Shown here: piece after piece, positions 56,196 to 64,000 of the stretch
How the letters are laid out: every line of letters starts with the position of its first letter
How positions within the stretch are numbered: the first letter of the stretch is position 1
DNA from: Candidatus Kaiserbacteria bacterium
Lineage (GTDB): Bacteria; Patescibacteriota; Minisyncoccia; Phycocordibacterales; UBA2100
Length of the DNA: 64,000 nt
NCBI GenBank assembly: GCA_028286585.1
Contig: JAQBRI010000008.1
Span: forward strand, 84,476 to 148,475
Reading direction: 5' to 3'
Made by a program: the position numbers and the translations under genes
Notes under the pieces: model-generated
Seen by the model: only the letters and a program-made list of their open reading frames with translations
What the model was told of the DNA's origin: nothing
The model's database searches: none

Positions 56196-56414
56196 ATGTC
56201 TGGATATTCCAGAGGACACCAAGAAGATGCGAGAATTAGTTGCATTATTGATTTTATTGATTCTTTCAGAGATAGCAGAGAGGCGCAATCGGATATTCTT
56301 TCTCACGAGAAAGGAACTCGATTGCTCGCTGCCGTGTATGAATCAGAAATCAAGCGGTCACAGGGAGAAAATCCTGTTGTAAATATAAAATTCAATAATC
56401 CGTCTGCAAGTTAA
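56196..56414 (+). CDS. Hypothetical small protein
   Basis: 72-aa ORF preceded by an 'ACGGAGG' RBS. Confidence 0.35.
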   Translation: MSGYSRGHQEDARISCIIDFIDSFRDSREAQSDILSHEKGTRLLAAVYESEIKRSQGENPVVNIKFNNPSAS

Positions 56415-56585
56415 TTTCTCCGAGCTCCGTCAATTATATGTGCCCAAAGATCTCTCGTTAAATTATAAAAAAGTACAAAATGGGTCAAGGAATAATGGGA
56501 TCATGTCCCAATTTATCTATTGACAAACTACGTATAAGATGTACTCTGTATACCAGAAAGAACTGCAGCTCTCGAGGAAAACGCC

Positions 56586-56888
56586 ATGCCCAAACAACGA
56601 ACTGTTGTATCGGATGAGCAATATATCTCAAATGGACTCCTGACTCCTAAAGAGATCCAGGAGCTAAGATGTAGACTCAATCTCACGCGCCTGCAACTTG
56701 CAGAATTAACAGGATGTGGCTCCTCCTCTATCCAACGATGGGAAGCCGGTACATCACTCCAAAATCTGCAAGCTGATAGATTTCTACGACTTTTGGAAAA
56801 GCCGGGGATACTCAAAGAACTGATCCTACTAAACTTTGAACATACAATGCGCTTGTCCCACAAGCAGCAAAGAAGGAGAAAAGGGTGA
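56586..56888 (+). CDS. XRE-family HTH DNA-binding protein
   Basis: 'LTPKEIQELRCRLNLTRLQLAELTGCGSSSIQRWEAG' is a helix-turn-helix. Confidence 0.6.
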   Translation: MPKQRTVVSDEQYISNGLLTPKEIQELRCRLNLTRLQLAELTGCGSSSIQRWEAGTSLQNLQADRFLRLLEKPGILKELILLNFEHTMRLSHKQQRRRKG

Positions 56889-57280
56889 ATCAGATAGAAA
56901 TAGCGGCCGGCAATTTAGTGGCAAAAATCGTCCAAGCGAGCGTGCCAATAGGCGAGTGGTATGCAGACTACTACACGATGCTCACTAATGCCCTCAATAG
57001 ACCCTGGAGTAACAATGTAACAGGGCAAGAAAGTAACATCGAGTTCTTTGCTATGTCTCTCGTGTGGGAGATCTCTGAAGTAGCAAAGGATCCGATCCAT
57101 CAACTCGAAGAGTACAACATCCTGGCTGCGCTTTTTGAAGAGAAAGGCTTCACTGTCGATGCCAGAAAAATGAGCTCTACGGAATATAGCGACTTCGTTC
57201 TCGAAATCTCCTGCACTTGCCCATCAGCTATCAGCGTGCAAATATTCGAAGCAATCGCCAAAAAAAGTCGGCTCCACTAA
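56885..57280 (+). CDS. Hypothetical protein. Its GTG start overlaps the XRE gene stop (GTGA).
   Basis: 131 aa; translationally coupled to the XRE gene. Confidence 0.4.
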   Translation: MNQIEIAAGNLVAKIVQASVPIGEWYADYYTMLTNALNRPWSNNVTGQESNIEFFAMSLVWEISEVAKDPIHQLEEYNILAALFEEKGFTVDARKMSSTEYSDFVLEISCTCPSAISVQIFEAIAKKSRLH

Positions 57281-57406
57281 GCAGATTACTGGAGAGAATA
57301 AATCAAGCGTCTCATTACGAGACGCTTTACCCTTTTATGTACATGGATGAAAATGTAAACTGATCAAATCATTTCTTTTTTCCAGTGCCTGCTGTACTAT
57401 AAAGTT

Positions 57407-57970
57407 ATGGAAATAGGAATTTGGGGTGACAGTATAACCTACGGGGAATGTGATAGTGAAGGACTTGGATGGGTCGGGAGATTTCGTAATTCTTTTTCTC
57501 TTGAAGAATACGTCGGCGTATATAACCGCGGTATTTGTGGAGACACTACTAAAGACTTACTAAAACGCTTTTCAACTGAAGCTGAGTCTATAAAGCCGAA
57601 CAAAATAGTCTTTGCTATCGGTATCAATGACTCAAAGTATCCTATGGAACAGACTTCCAACAACGTTCCACTTCATGAGTTTAAAGAAAATATGCGTTCA
57701 CTTATCGAGCAGGCAAAAGCCTACACCAAAGATATTTATATTGTTGGTGCTACCAAAGTTGATGACGCATTTGCCCTTCAAAGTGGTACTTGTTTTGTAA
57801 ACAAGGATATTCAACTTTACAACGATTGTCTGAAAGAACTTTCCAGCAGATTGAATTTTATAGATGTATTCGACGTTCTTGACCCCGTTACTGATTTACA
57901 TGACGGTTTACATCCAAATGCAGGCGGATATCAAAAGCTTTTTATAGAGATTGCTCCAAAAATTAAATGA
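57407..57970 (+). CDS. SGNH/GDSL-family hydrolase
   Basis: 'IWGDSITYG', 'GINDS' and 'DGLHPN' blocks. Confidence 0.65.
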   Translation: MEIGIWGDSITYGECDSEGLGWVGRFRNSFSLEEYVGVYNRGICGDTTKDLLKRFSTEAESIKPNKIVFAIGINDSKYPMEQTSNNVPLHEFKENMRSLIEQAKAYTKDIYIVGATKVDDAFALQSGTCFVNKDIQLYNDCLKELSSRLNFIDVFDVLDPVTDLHDGLHPNAGGYQKLFIEIAPKIK

Positions 57971-57974
57971 TATA

Positions 57975-58145
57975 TGAAAAAAATCCAAATCCTTATGGTT
58001 CATGGAGGCATGACCTTCAAAAACGAGAAGGACTATTTGCACTACCTAAAAACTAAAAAGGTCACAACAGCCAAAAAGATATACTGGGATGTAGACTTTG
58101 AAGAAAAATTGGGAAAAGGATTTGTAAGAAATGGGGGCTGACCCC
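57975..58145 (+). pseudogene. 56-aa ORF 'MKKIQILMVHGG...' ending inside a terminator hairpin. It may be a truncated hydrolase N-terminus.
   Basis: It resembles the start of an alpha/beta-hydrolase-type esterase but stops after 56 codons within AATGGGGGCTGACCCCATT. Confidence 0.25.
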
Positions 58146-58148
58146 ATT
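58130..58148 (+). terminator. Hairpin AATGGGG-GCTGA-CCCCATT (family copy 2)
   Basis: Same family as the hairpins at 56095 and 59472. Confidence 0.4.
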
Positions 58149-58209
58149 ATCTTGAGTAAGCAAAAAGTGCAGCTGTCTGCAAAATAAACACATATGCTAC
58201 ACTTTTTGA

Positions 58210-58674
58210 ATGACTGAGCGGAAATGTTTGGAATGCGGTTCACCACTTGAGAGCGTAGCTGGGTGCCGTGATTATTTGAACGAGATGATCAAATGGGATT
58301 TTGAGGATTTTACTGGTGTTGGAAAGGTACATCATCTAACAGTACTTTCTTATAATCTCCAGCATCCAAGTTTATATTCTCCCAAGGGCTTGGAGGATGC
58401 AAAAGCTTCATTGCAAGAGTTTTTCAGACATCCAGAATCCTTTAATAGGCATAATGAATGGAACAAGAAAAAGCTTGCATCAAACGTGCGGGATTGGAAA
58501 ATAACTGGTACATCTGAAAATCATGGTGTCTATGTATCAGTGCCCACCTGGAAGATTACTGCTTCTGATGTGGTAAGAGCCGGTCTGCCGCACTATGTCG
58601 AAAATGTAAAAGCTTGGACAGATTCTGTTCTTAAATCTCTTATAGAATCGGGAAATATTGATTCGACTTCCTAG
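58210..58674 (+). CDS. Hypothetical protein with an N-terminal CxxC pair
   Basis: 'CLECGSPL...GC' then a 154-aa ORF. Confidence 0.4.
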   Translation: MTERKCLECGSPLESVAGCRDYLNEMIKWDFEDFTGVGKVHHLTVLSYNLQHPSLYSPKGLEDAKASLQEFFRHPESFNRHNEWNKKKLASNVRDWKITGTSENHGVYVSVPTWKITASDVVRAGLPHYVENVKAWTDSVLKSLIESGNIDSTS

Positions 58675-58691
58675 CGTGTATAATCTTTGAT

Positions 58692-58955
58692 ATGAAAGCA
58701 GTCTTAATTGGGGAACCATCAGGCGTGTCCATGGAAACTATAATGGCTGTGTATCCTCGCCATAAAGAAGTTGTTGATATGTTTATTAAGCGTGGCGAGG
58801 TAATAGGAATAGGCCCTTTCACAGACTTGGGCAATATGGCAATTTTTAGAAGCCGAGAGGCTGCTGAAGAATTTGCGACACTCGATCCATTTATTCTTGA
58901 GGGGATGGTGAAATCATTCACAATTCGAGATTGGAATGATGCAATACTCACATAG
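58692..58955 (+). CDS. YciI-like small protein
   Basis: 'GIGPFTDLGNMAIFRSREAAEEFATLDPFILEGMVKSFTIRDW' matches the YciI-family pattern. Confidence 0.55.
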   Translation: MKAVLIGEPSGVSMETIMAVYPRHKEVVDMFIKRGEVIGIGPFTDLGNMAIFRSREAAEEFATLDPFILEGMVKSFTIRDWNDAILT

Positions 58956-58999
58956 ATTCCTTAAAAAATGTAGTTCGAAAAAAACTGTATACTATTTGT

Positions 59000-59470
59000 A
59001 TGAAATATGTTGCATTGTTGCGCGGCATAATGCCAACAAATCCAAACATGCGCGGCGAAAAGTTGAGAGCCGTATTTGAGGGACTGAAATTTAAAAACGT
59101 GCACACGGTAATTGCAAGTGGGAATGTGGTGTTTGATTCATCTAGCAAAAATACTACCGAGCTTGAAACAAAGATAGAAAAGGAACTTCTCAAAAAGCTT
59201 GGTTTTACAAGTACTACCATGATTCGAAACCACGCAGAATTCGAAGCGTTGGTTAACAAAAAACCATTTAAAGGCGTGAAAGATGAAAAGCCAAACTATC
59301 TTGTTGTGACATTTTTTAAAGACCGACGCAAAGATCTCTGCACAGTTATTGACCTTGGCGCGAGTAAAACACCCAAGTTTATGGCCTATATTGAACGAAA
59401 GCACGGCAAGGCCATGACTACCCGCACGTGGAAGACTGTCAATCGCATACTTAAACAGATGGAAACATAA
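59000..59470 (+). CDS. DUF1697-family protein
   Basis: 'MKYVALLRGIMPTNPNMRGEKLRAVFEGLKFKNVHTVIASGNVVF' is the canonical DUF1697 N-terminus. Confidence 0.65.
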   Translation: MKYVALLRGIMPTNPNMRGEKLRAVFEGLKFKNVHTVIASGNVVFDSSSKNTTELETKIEKELLKKLGFTSTTMIRNHAEFEALVNKKPFKGVKDEKPNYLVVTFFKDRRKDLCTVIDLGASKTPKFMAYIERKHGKAMTTRTWKTVNRILKQMET

Positions 59471-59471
59471 G

Positions 59472-59492
59472 AAATGGGGTCAGGGCCCATTA
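59472..59492 (+). terminator. Hairpin AAATGGGGTCAGGGCCCATT (family copy 3, imperfect)
   Basis: It immediately follows the TAA stop of the DUF1697 gene. Confidence 0.35.
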
Positions 59493-59524
59493 TCGTGTGT
59501 CGATATTTAGAATATACTTACTAT

Positions 59525-60574
59525 ATGCGTCTCTCTACTCAATCAAAATACAAGATATTTGTTCTAGCCTTTTGCTTTCTGGCCATCCTTGCCCTGGTCG
59601 CAGTTGCATACGCGGTGTGGTATTCGTACGAACGTCACGAGAAGCTTGTTCAATCAGAAGTGTGTAAAGAAACACTCGCGAATCCTGCCAAGCCAACTAT
59701 GGTCAAGGGTCCTGACGGCAATCCTGCACCGCTGTACACAATAAATGGATGCACTACCGTAGTGGTACCGCCAACTTTATGGAATCTCATTCGTGGCCGA
59801 ATGGTGTTTGATAACGTACCTAACCGCATGAAGGTAAACCCGTATTCATTTTCAGACATTCTGCGAGGCAGCTATACGTTTGGACCAACTGATATTGTTT
59901 GTGATCAATCTGCGACAACGACTGATTGTTCACAATTTGGGGTAACCTTGAAACCACCTATTGATAGGGCAGCGCTCGCTCAGGAAGCACTAACGCGACT
60001 ACAGGCAAATATCAAAAACGTTACGCCTCATTTTGTCGATGTCAGCAGACTAAACTCACAATCCCTTACCCCCGAAGAATCCGAAATAAAAGACGACATA
60101 ATAGGGGTTTTCATTACAGAAAATCCTGGAGAGAGTGAAGACTATTACTCGACCATCTGGCTCATTGCTGTTGGAAAACGATACATACTTGCATCAAAGC
60201 CAATGGCCGAAAGTTCGTACGATGAAATAATCGATTCACAAACAGGAAAGGTCACCATTATTCCTGGTGAATCGCGATACTATCTTGCATCGAGTGGAAG
60301 AAACACTGCTCTCTATATCGATTATCAAGCTATTCGTACGTATGCACTCGACGCGGCCGACGCTGTGATTGTGCCTGGTTCACAACTTTCTGGAAACGAA
60401 ACGTATCACTCGGGTACTTCTGACGCATATCTTGCCTCTATTCAAACGCATACTAAAAATTCTATAGATATTTCCATTTTTGATTCTTCGCAGATCGTTC
60501 AGAATCCCGATGCACAACCAAATGCCATGCAGACGATGAATAAGAAAATACGGACAGCTACTTTCTTATTTTGA
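59525..60574 (+). CDS. Secreted/anchored hypothetical protein
   Basis: N-terminal TM/signal helix from 'MRLSTQSKYKIFVLAF'; about 350 aa. Confidence 0.4.
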   Translation: MRLSTQSKYKIFVLAFCFLAILALVAVAYAVWYSYERHEKLVQSEVCKETLANPAKPTMVKGPDGNPAPLYTINGCTTVVVPPTLWNLIRGRMVFDNVPNRMKVNPYSFSDILRGSYTFGPTDIVCDQSATTTDCSQFGVTLKPPIDRAALAQEALTRLQANIKNVTPHFVDVSRLNSQSLTPEESEIKDDIIGVFITENPGESEDYYSTIWLIAVGKRYILASKPMAESSYDEIIDSQTGKVTIIPGESRYYLASSGRNTALYIDYQAIRTYALDAADAVIVPGSQLSGNETYHSGTSDAYLASIQTHTKNSIDISIFDSSQIVQNPDAQPNAMQTMNKKIRTATFLF

Positions 60575-60578
60575 GTGG

Positions 60579-60598
60579 TGTTTCAACATCGTCCTAGG
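60579..60598 (+). repeat. Cassette-boundary repeat, copy 8 (island 2, partial)
   Basis: GTTTCAACATCGTCCTAGG. Confidence 0.45.
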
Positions 60599-60658
60599 AA
60601 ATAATAAGGTACCATCAATATAGGTAGTCTTTTTGATATTTTCGGCTATAGTTCCCAT

Positions 60659-61249
60659 ATGATAAAAGCAGTCATATTCGATTTGAATGGAGTCTTTATT
60701 CATAGTCCTAAATTAAGTGATCGTTTTGAGAAAGACTTTGGAATTCCGACAACCATATTCCTTCCCAAGCTTGGAGAAATAATGGACAAAGTCCGCAAGA
60801 CAAACGCTGGAAACGCATTTACGTACTGGGAACCTGTTCTTAAAGAATGGAATATTCAAATGTCAGAGAAAGAATTTTGGGACTATTGGTTTAGTGCAGA
60901 AACTCCTTCGGAAGAAATGATTGCCCTCGCAAAAGAATTAAAAGGAAGGGGAATCAAAATAGTTACACTCTCGAATAACTTTAAGGAGCGGACGGAATAC
61001 TACGGCCACTATCCATGGATGAATGATGTCATGGATAAAACATACTTTTCTTGGCAAACAGGATTGGTAAAACCAGATGTTGAGGCTTGGAATCTGGTCT
61101 TGAAAGATTTGTCACTTGATGCAAGTGAATGCATTTATTTTGATGATCAAGAGAAAAATCTTAAAGCTGCCGAAAGTATTGCAATCAAAGCATATATGTT
61201 TACAAATCCAAAGGACACAAAAGTTCAAATAGAGTCTCTTTTGGAATAA
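60659..61249 (+). CDS. HAD-superfamily hydrolase
   Basis: Motif I 'VIFDLNGV' and C-terminal 'YFDDQEKNL'. Confidence 0.7.
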   Translation: MIKAVIFDLNGVFIHSPKLSDRFEKDFGIPTTIFLPKLGEIMDKVRKTNAGNAFTYWEPVLKEWNIQMSEKEFWDYWFSAETPSEEMIALAKELKGRGIKIVTLSNNFKERTEYYGHYPWMNDVMDKTYFSWQTGLVKPDVEAWNLVLKDLSLDASECIYFDDQEKNLKAAESIAIKAYMFTNPKDTKVQIESLLE

Positions 61250-61296
61250 TAGTTGTGAAAATGGTGCCTGATTGGTAATTCTGTTTAATTCCTAAC

Positions 61297-61325
61297 AAAG
61301 AAAAAGACCCGGCTGTATGCCGGGT
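61297..61325 (-). terminator. Hairpin GACCCGGC-TGTAT-GCCGGGTC with TTTTTCTTT on the minus strand. It is the terminator of the GcrA-like gene and the left copy of a 30-bp direct repeat.
   Basis: 29/31 identical to 63480-63510. Confidence 0.55.
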
Positions 61326-61338
61326 CGGAAGTTATTAT

Positions 61339-62127
61339 TCAGCCATTTATGTAAGAACTATTTGCTTGCCACCTTGTCAGATTTTTACTTTCTTCTAGAG
61401 GTAGGGGCCGGTGCAGTAAGCCTGCGTGGTATGCGCAGTACTGATCGCGCTTTCCCGACGTTGCATTACCGCAGTATAAAGCGCTCGCTCCGCTACCAGC
61501 AACCACTGTTCGGCATGCTCCAGTTTCAGGCATGCCGAAGAATGAGAAATTTTTGAACTTGGGCTTTGTTAGCACAAGAACAGTTTTTTGCACTTGAGCG
61601 GGCACAAATGTTTCCAGAATAATTTCAGGAGCCAGCTGAGGCTTTTTTGCTTTTGGTCGTGATCTTCTTCTTTTCGAGTTATTTCGCGCAGCACTTTGTG
61701 GCTTTTTCCTTGCGCTATCATCTAGTTCACCCGCTTCACGCATTCTGTTAATCCGACCTATAACCGCAGACCGGGTTAGATCAGGTATACCAAGAAGCCG
61801 CTCTTCCAAAACGGCACTCTGTGCCTTGGCTTGAAAGTGTTTTGCAATAACCTCTCCGCTTAGTCCTTGCATCCAAAGCGTTTTTGCTAATTCACTATGT
61901 TCTGGGGTCCAGATTGTATCCCTATTCGTACCCTGAGTCGACGGGTGGGTTCTCCCTCTGTCGTGCAGTCTCCCTTTCTTTCGCATTGTTCGAAGGCGAC
62001 CAAGAATTGTATTCCTGATTACAGTAAGGTAGCCCATACTTCGAAAGTAGCCTGCAATATCTTCCGCACTCATCCCTCCCAGCCAGAGCTTAACTAGAAG
62101 TTCTTCTCGCTTTATAGTCCAATTCAT
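61339..62127 (-). CDS. GcrA-family cell-cycle-regulator-like protein with a tandemly duplicated N-terminal DNA-binding domain
   Basis: Two repeats, 'WTIKREELLVKLWLGGMSAEDIAGYF...TVIRNTILGRLRTM' and 'WTPEHSELAKTLWMQGLSGEVIAKHF...RSAVIGRINRM'. A GcrA-type C-terminus '...YCGNATSGKRDQYCAYHAGLLH' follows. Confidence 0.6.
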   Translation of the reverse strand: MNWTIKREELLVKLWLGGMSAEDIAGYFRSMGYLTVIRNTILGRLRTMRKKGRLHDRGRTHPSTQGTNRDTIWTPEHSELAKTLWMQGLSGEVIAKHFQAKAQSAVLEERLLGIPDLTRSAVIGRINRMREAGELDDSARKKPQSAARNNSKRRRSRPKAKKPQLAPEIILETFVPAQVQKTVLVLTKPKFKNFSFFGMPETGACRTVVAGSGASALYCGNATSGKRDQYCAYHAGLLHRPLPLEESKNLTRWQANSSYING

Positions 62128-62286
62128 CAGAACCCCCTAATCATTTCAGAGAGCAAGAGTAGTCTGCCAGAACTCTACAACAAGAATATAGTTTTTGCTA
62201 CTCAGCCTCGACGTATTGGTTTTTTTACTGTAGATTGCTGGCAGAGATGATCTCTTGTTTTAATCTAACCCGTAAGGAGTGGAACG

Positions 62287-63417
62287 ATGTCAAATACGCA
62301 AGTTATCAAGCCAGGTTCAACCCTGGGCATTTTGGGTGACGGCCAGCTTGGCCGAATGCTCGCAATGGCTGCTGCGCAGCTGGGATATAAAGTTGCGGTA
62401 CTTGGGCCTGGCGGGCGTGAGAGCCCCACAGGTCATGTGTCCTATTGGGCAAAAGCATGGGGCCCAAATGTCGAAGTGAGCGAAGAGCTGCTCGATGAAT
62501 TTTGCGCACTTGTGTCGGTAGTGATGATTGAATGGGAAAATATTCCCATTGCACTCGTCGAGCGCATCAAGAATAAAGGCATACCAGTGAGGCCCGATAG
62601 TTCGGTACTGGCTGTCGCGCAAGATAGAATGCTCGAGAAAGCTGCTGCGCAGTCAGTAGGCATTAAGACACCTCATTATAAGCATTTGGAATGGGGGCTT
62701 GGTATATTGACTGCAAAAAGCCTCGCCTTGGAAGATGGTATTCTGAAGACTTGCCGCGACGGCTACGATGGCAAGGGCCAGGTACGCGTCAAGGCAGGCG
62801 AGAAGCTTGAAAAAGCATGGGCACAACTTAAAAATGTGCCTTGCGTTCTCGAGGAGCTAGTTGACTTTGCATGTGAAATTTCGATCATCGTTGCTCGTGC
62901 GCCTGGTCAGGTTCCAAAAACATATGGCCCGTTCCAGAACGAGCACGTGAACGGAATTTTAAAAAATGCCACCAAATATGCAAAGGGGACTTCGCTACTC
63001 GGATATTTTTGGAAAGAGAAAAGCGAACAAATTGTCCAGAATGCAATTAAGGCCACCACTTCGCTAGCAGCTCACCTCGATGTGCATGGGCTCCTCGCTG
63101 TTGAGTTCTTTGTTCTTCATGACGGCACGGTCCTTTTCAACGAGATGGCGCCCCGGCCTCACAACTCGGGGCATCTCACCATGGAATGCTGCTACACGAG
63201 CCAATTCGAGCAGTACGTCCGAGCAGTATGTAACTTGCCGTTCGGATCAAGCGAGTTTCACTCTTGGGGAACTATGCACAATCTCCTTGGAGACGAAGAA
63301 GGGGAATTGCAAAGCCTCTATCATTCAGAGAGAACCTCCTTTCATCTCTATGGTAAGAAGGGAGAGAAGACTGGGCGCAAGACGGGTCATGTGGTTTACT
63401 ATCGAATCGATACCTAG
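62287..63417 (+). CDS. purK: N5-carboxyaminoimidazole ribonucleotide synthase-like ATP-grasp enzyme (PurK family)
   Basis: 'LGILGDGQLGRMLAMAAAQLGYKV' N-terminus and an ATP-grasp core; 376 aa. Confidence 0.75.
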   Translation: MSNTQVIKPGSTLGILGDGQLGRMLAMAAAQLGYKVAVLGPGGRESPTGHVSYWAKAWGPNVEVSEELLDEFCALVSVVMIEWENIPIALVERIKNKGIPVRPDSSVLAVAQDRMLEKAAAQSVGIKTPHYKHLEWGLGILTAKSLALEDGILKTCRDGYDGKGQVRVKAGEKLEKAWAQLKNVPCVLEELVDFACEISIIVARAPGQVPKTYGPFQNEHVNGILKNATKYAKGTSLLGYFWKEKSEQIVQNAIKATTSLAAHLDVHGLLAVEFFVLHDGTVLFNEMAPRPHNSGHLTMECCYTSQFEQYVRAVCNLPFGSSEFHSWGTMHNLLGDEEGELQSLYHSERTSFHLYGKKGEKTGRKTGHVVYYRIDT

Positions 63418-63435
63418 TTATGTTCACTTGTTAGA

Positions 63436-63477
63436 ACTCGTCTGTAATGTATACAGACGAGTTTTTCTGTTTTTTTA
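63436..63477 (+). terminator. Rho-independent terminator after purK
   Basis: Stem ACTCGTCTGTA/TACAGACGAGT (11 bp) followed by TTTTTCTGTTTTTTT. Confidence 0.65.
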
Positions 63478-63479
63478 AA

Positions 63480-63510
63480 GAAAAAGACCCGGGCGTATGC
63501 CGGGTCTCTA
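63480..63510. repeat. Right copy of the 30-bp hairpin repeat AAAGAAAAAGACCCGGGCGTATGCCGGGTC
   Basis: Near-identical to 61297-61325. No minus-strand gene lies to its right, so it is not obviously a functional terminator here. Confidence 0.5.
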
Positions 63511-63597
63511 TAGTAAAGGAATTTATCTGCAAAGTATCCATACACTTCTTCGCTCAAAATTGAAGGGACCAGGTATAGAGGTGATATAATTTCATTC

Positions 63598-64000
63598 ATG
63601 ATACTAAATAGGCAAATTCTTTTTGGTCAAAGAATTCTGTTTGTAGCTGCCGCTCTATTTTTTGTAAATGCTAGTTTTGCTTTTGCTCACGAAAGAGAAG
63701 TGATAAATGTAGGCGGTACAGACTATCTTTTTGTGGTTGGATCACTTAACGAGCCGGTTGTTGTCGGAGATAAAACAGGTATTGATTTGCGGGTGTATAT
63801 ACCAGACCCAAAAGACATTGGAAATTCATCGGCAACAAACACAAAGCCGGTACTTGGACTTGAAAAAACATTAAAAATAGAAAATATTTCGGGTAGTAAG
63901 AGTAAAGAATTTCCACTCGAGGCCTCGTGGGGAAAGGAGGGAAGTTATCAGACTGTATTTTATCCCAGTAGTGCGGATGATTTTTCGTACAGAATATTTG
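63598..64000 (+). CDS. Secreted hypothetical protein. The 3' end lies outside the window.
   Basis: ATG at 63598 with the signal peptide 'MILNRQILFGQRILFVAAALFFVNASFAFA'. The frame is open to the window edge and is not in the ORF track because no stop is present. Confidence 0.4.
   Translation, partial: MILNRQILFGQRILFVAAALFFVNASFAFAHEREVINVGGTDYLFVVGSLNEPVVVGDKTGIDLRVYIPDPKDIGNSSATNTKPVLGLEKTLKIENISGSKSKEFPLEASWGKEGSYQTVFYPSSADDFSYRIF

Noticed and set aside
1-64000. CRISPR arrays and rRNA genes
   Set aside because: No regularly spaced 25-40-nt direct repeats with unique spacers and no rRNA-like conserved stretches were seen. The only recurrent repeats are the cassette-boundary motif and terminator families, which are separated by whole genes.

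Overview
This is a low-GC (~40%) window with short, tightly packed genes. The gene content (ECF sigma factor next to DUF5667 proteins, many secreted Ig-like and peptidoglycan-binding proteins, a short dnaX, a SemiSWEET, a type II glutamine synthetase) suggests a Patescibacteria/CPR-like genome. That taxonomic call is inference only. There are no rRNA genes and no CRISPR array.

Core genes: serS (3' part), an FtsQ-like gene, dusB, dnaX, engB, cfa, a pseudouridine synthase, a histidine kinase with a response regulator, an ECF sigma / anti-sigma pair, an NRAMP transporter, and a prfB-ftsE-ftsX-pyrG block. There are five tRNAs: Gln-UUG, Asp-GUC, Thr-GGU, Thr-CGU and Gln-CUG.

Two accessory islands lie downstream of the two tRNA-Gln genes.
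- Island 1 (about 3.6-16.3 kb) starts with a large serine recombinase read antisense through the 3' half of tRNA-Gln(UUG). It is followed by a primase/helicase-type replication gene and iteron-like TTATCT repeats.
- Island 1 also carries a candidate defence-like cargo: a membrane P-loop protein, an unknown protein and a HEPN-like Rx4H protein.
- The most notable feature in island 1 is an array of at least 7 single-gene cassettes at 12.46-15.65 kb. A conserved, directly oriented ~28-nt repeat (consensus AAAAAGGTTCCAACATCGTCCCAGACTGCCAGC) sits in every inter-cassette gap, whichever way the cassette gene points. The organisation is integron-like, but there is no IntI and no attC symmetry.
- Island 2 (54.9-61.3 kb, downstream of tRNA-Gln(CUG), which has an 18-nt 5' partial duplicate) has two more copies of the same repeat. 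It also has its own hairpin-terminator family.

Other notable regions:
- A GC-rich block at 19.0-20.9 kb ends in a perfect TTGACA-N17-TATAAT promoter driving a ~400-nt GC-rich unit, which is closed by a 40-nt terminator-like element.
- That terminator element recurs three times and bounds two tandemly duplicated 'leader + membrane-anchored wHTH paralog' cassettes.
- A GC-richer ~2.2-kb segment is flanked by near-identical 30-bp hairpin repeats and carries a GcrA-family gene (with a duplicated N-terminal domain) and purK.
- There is a decayed tRNA-Thr(UGU)-like remnant, and the RF2 gene has no programmed frameshift site.
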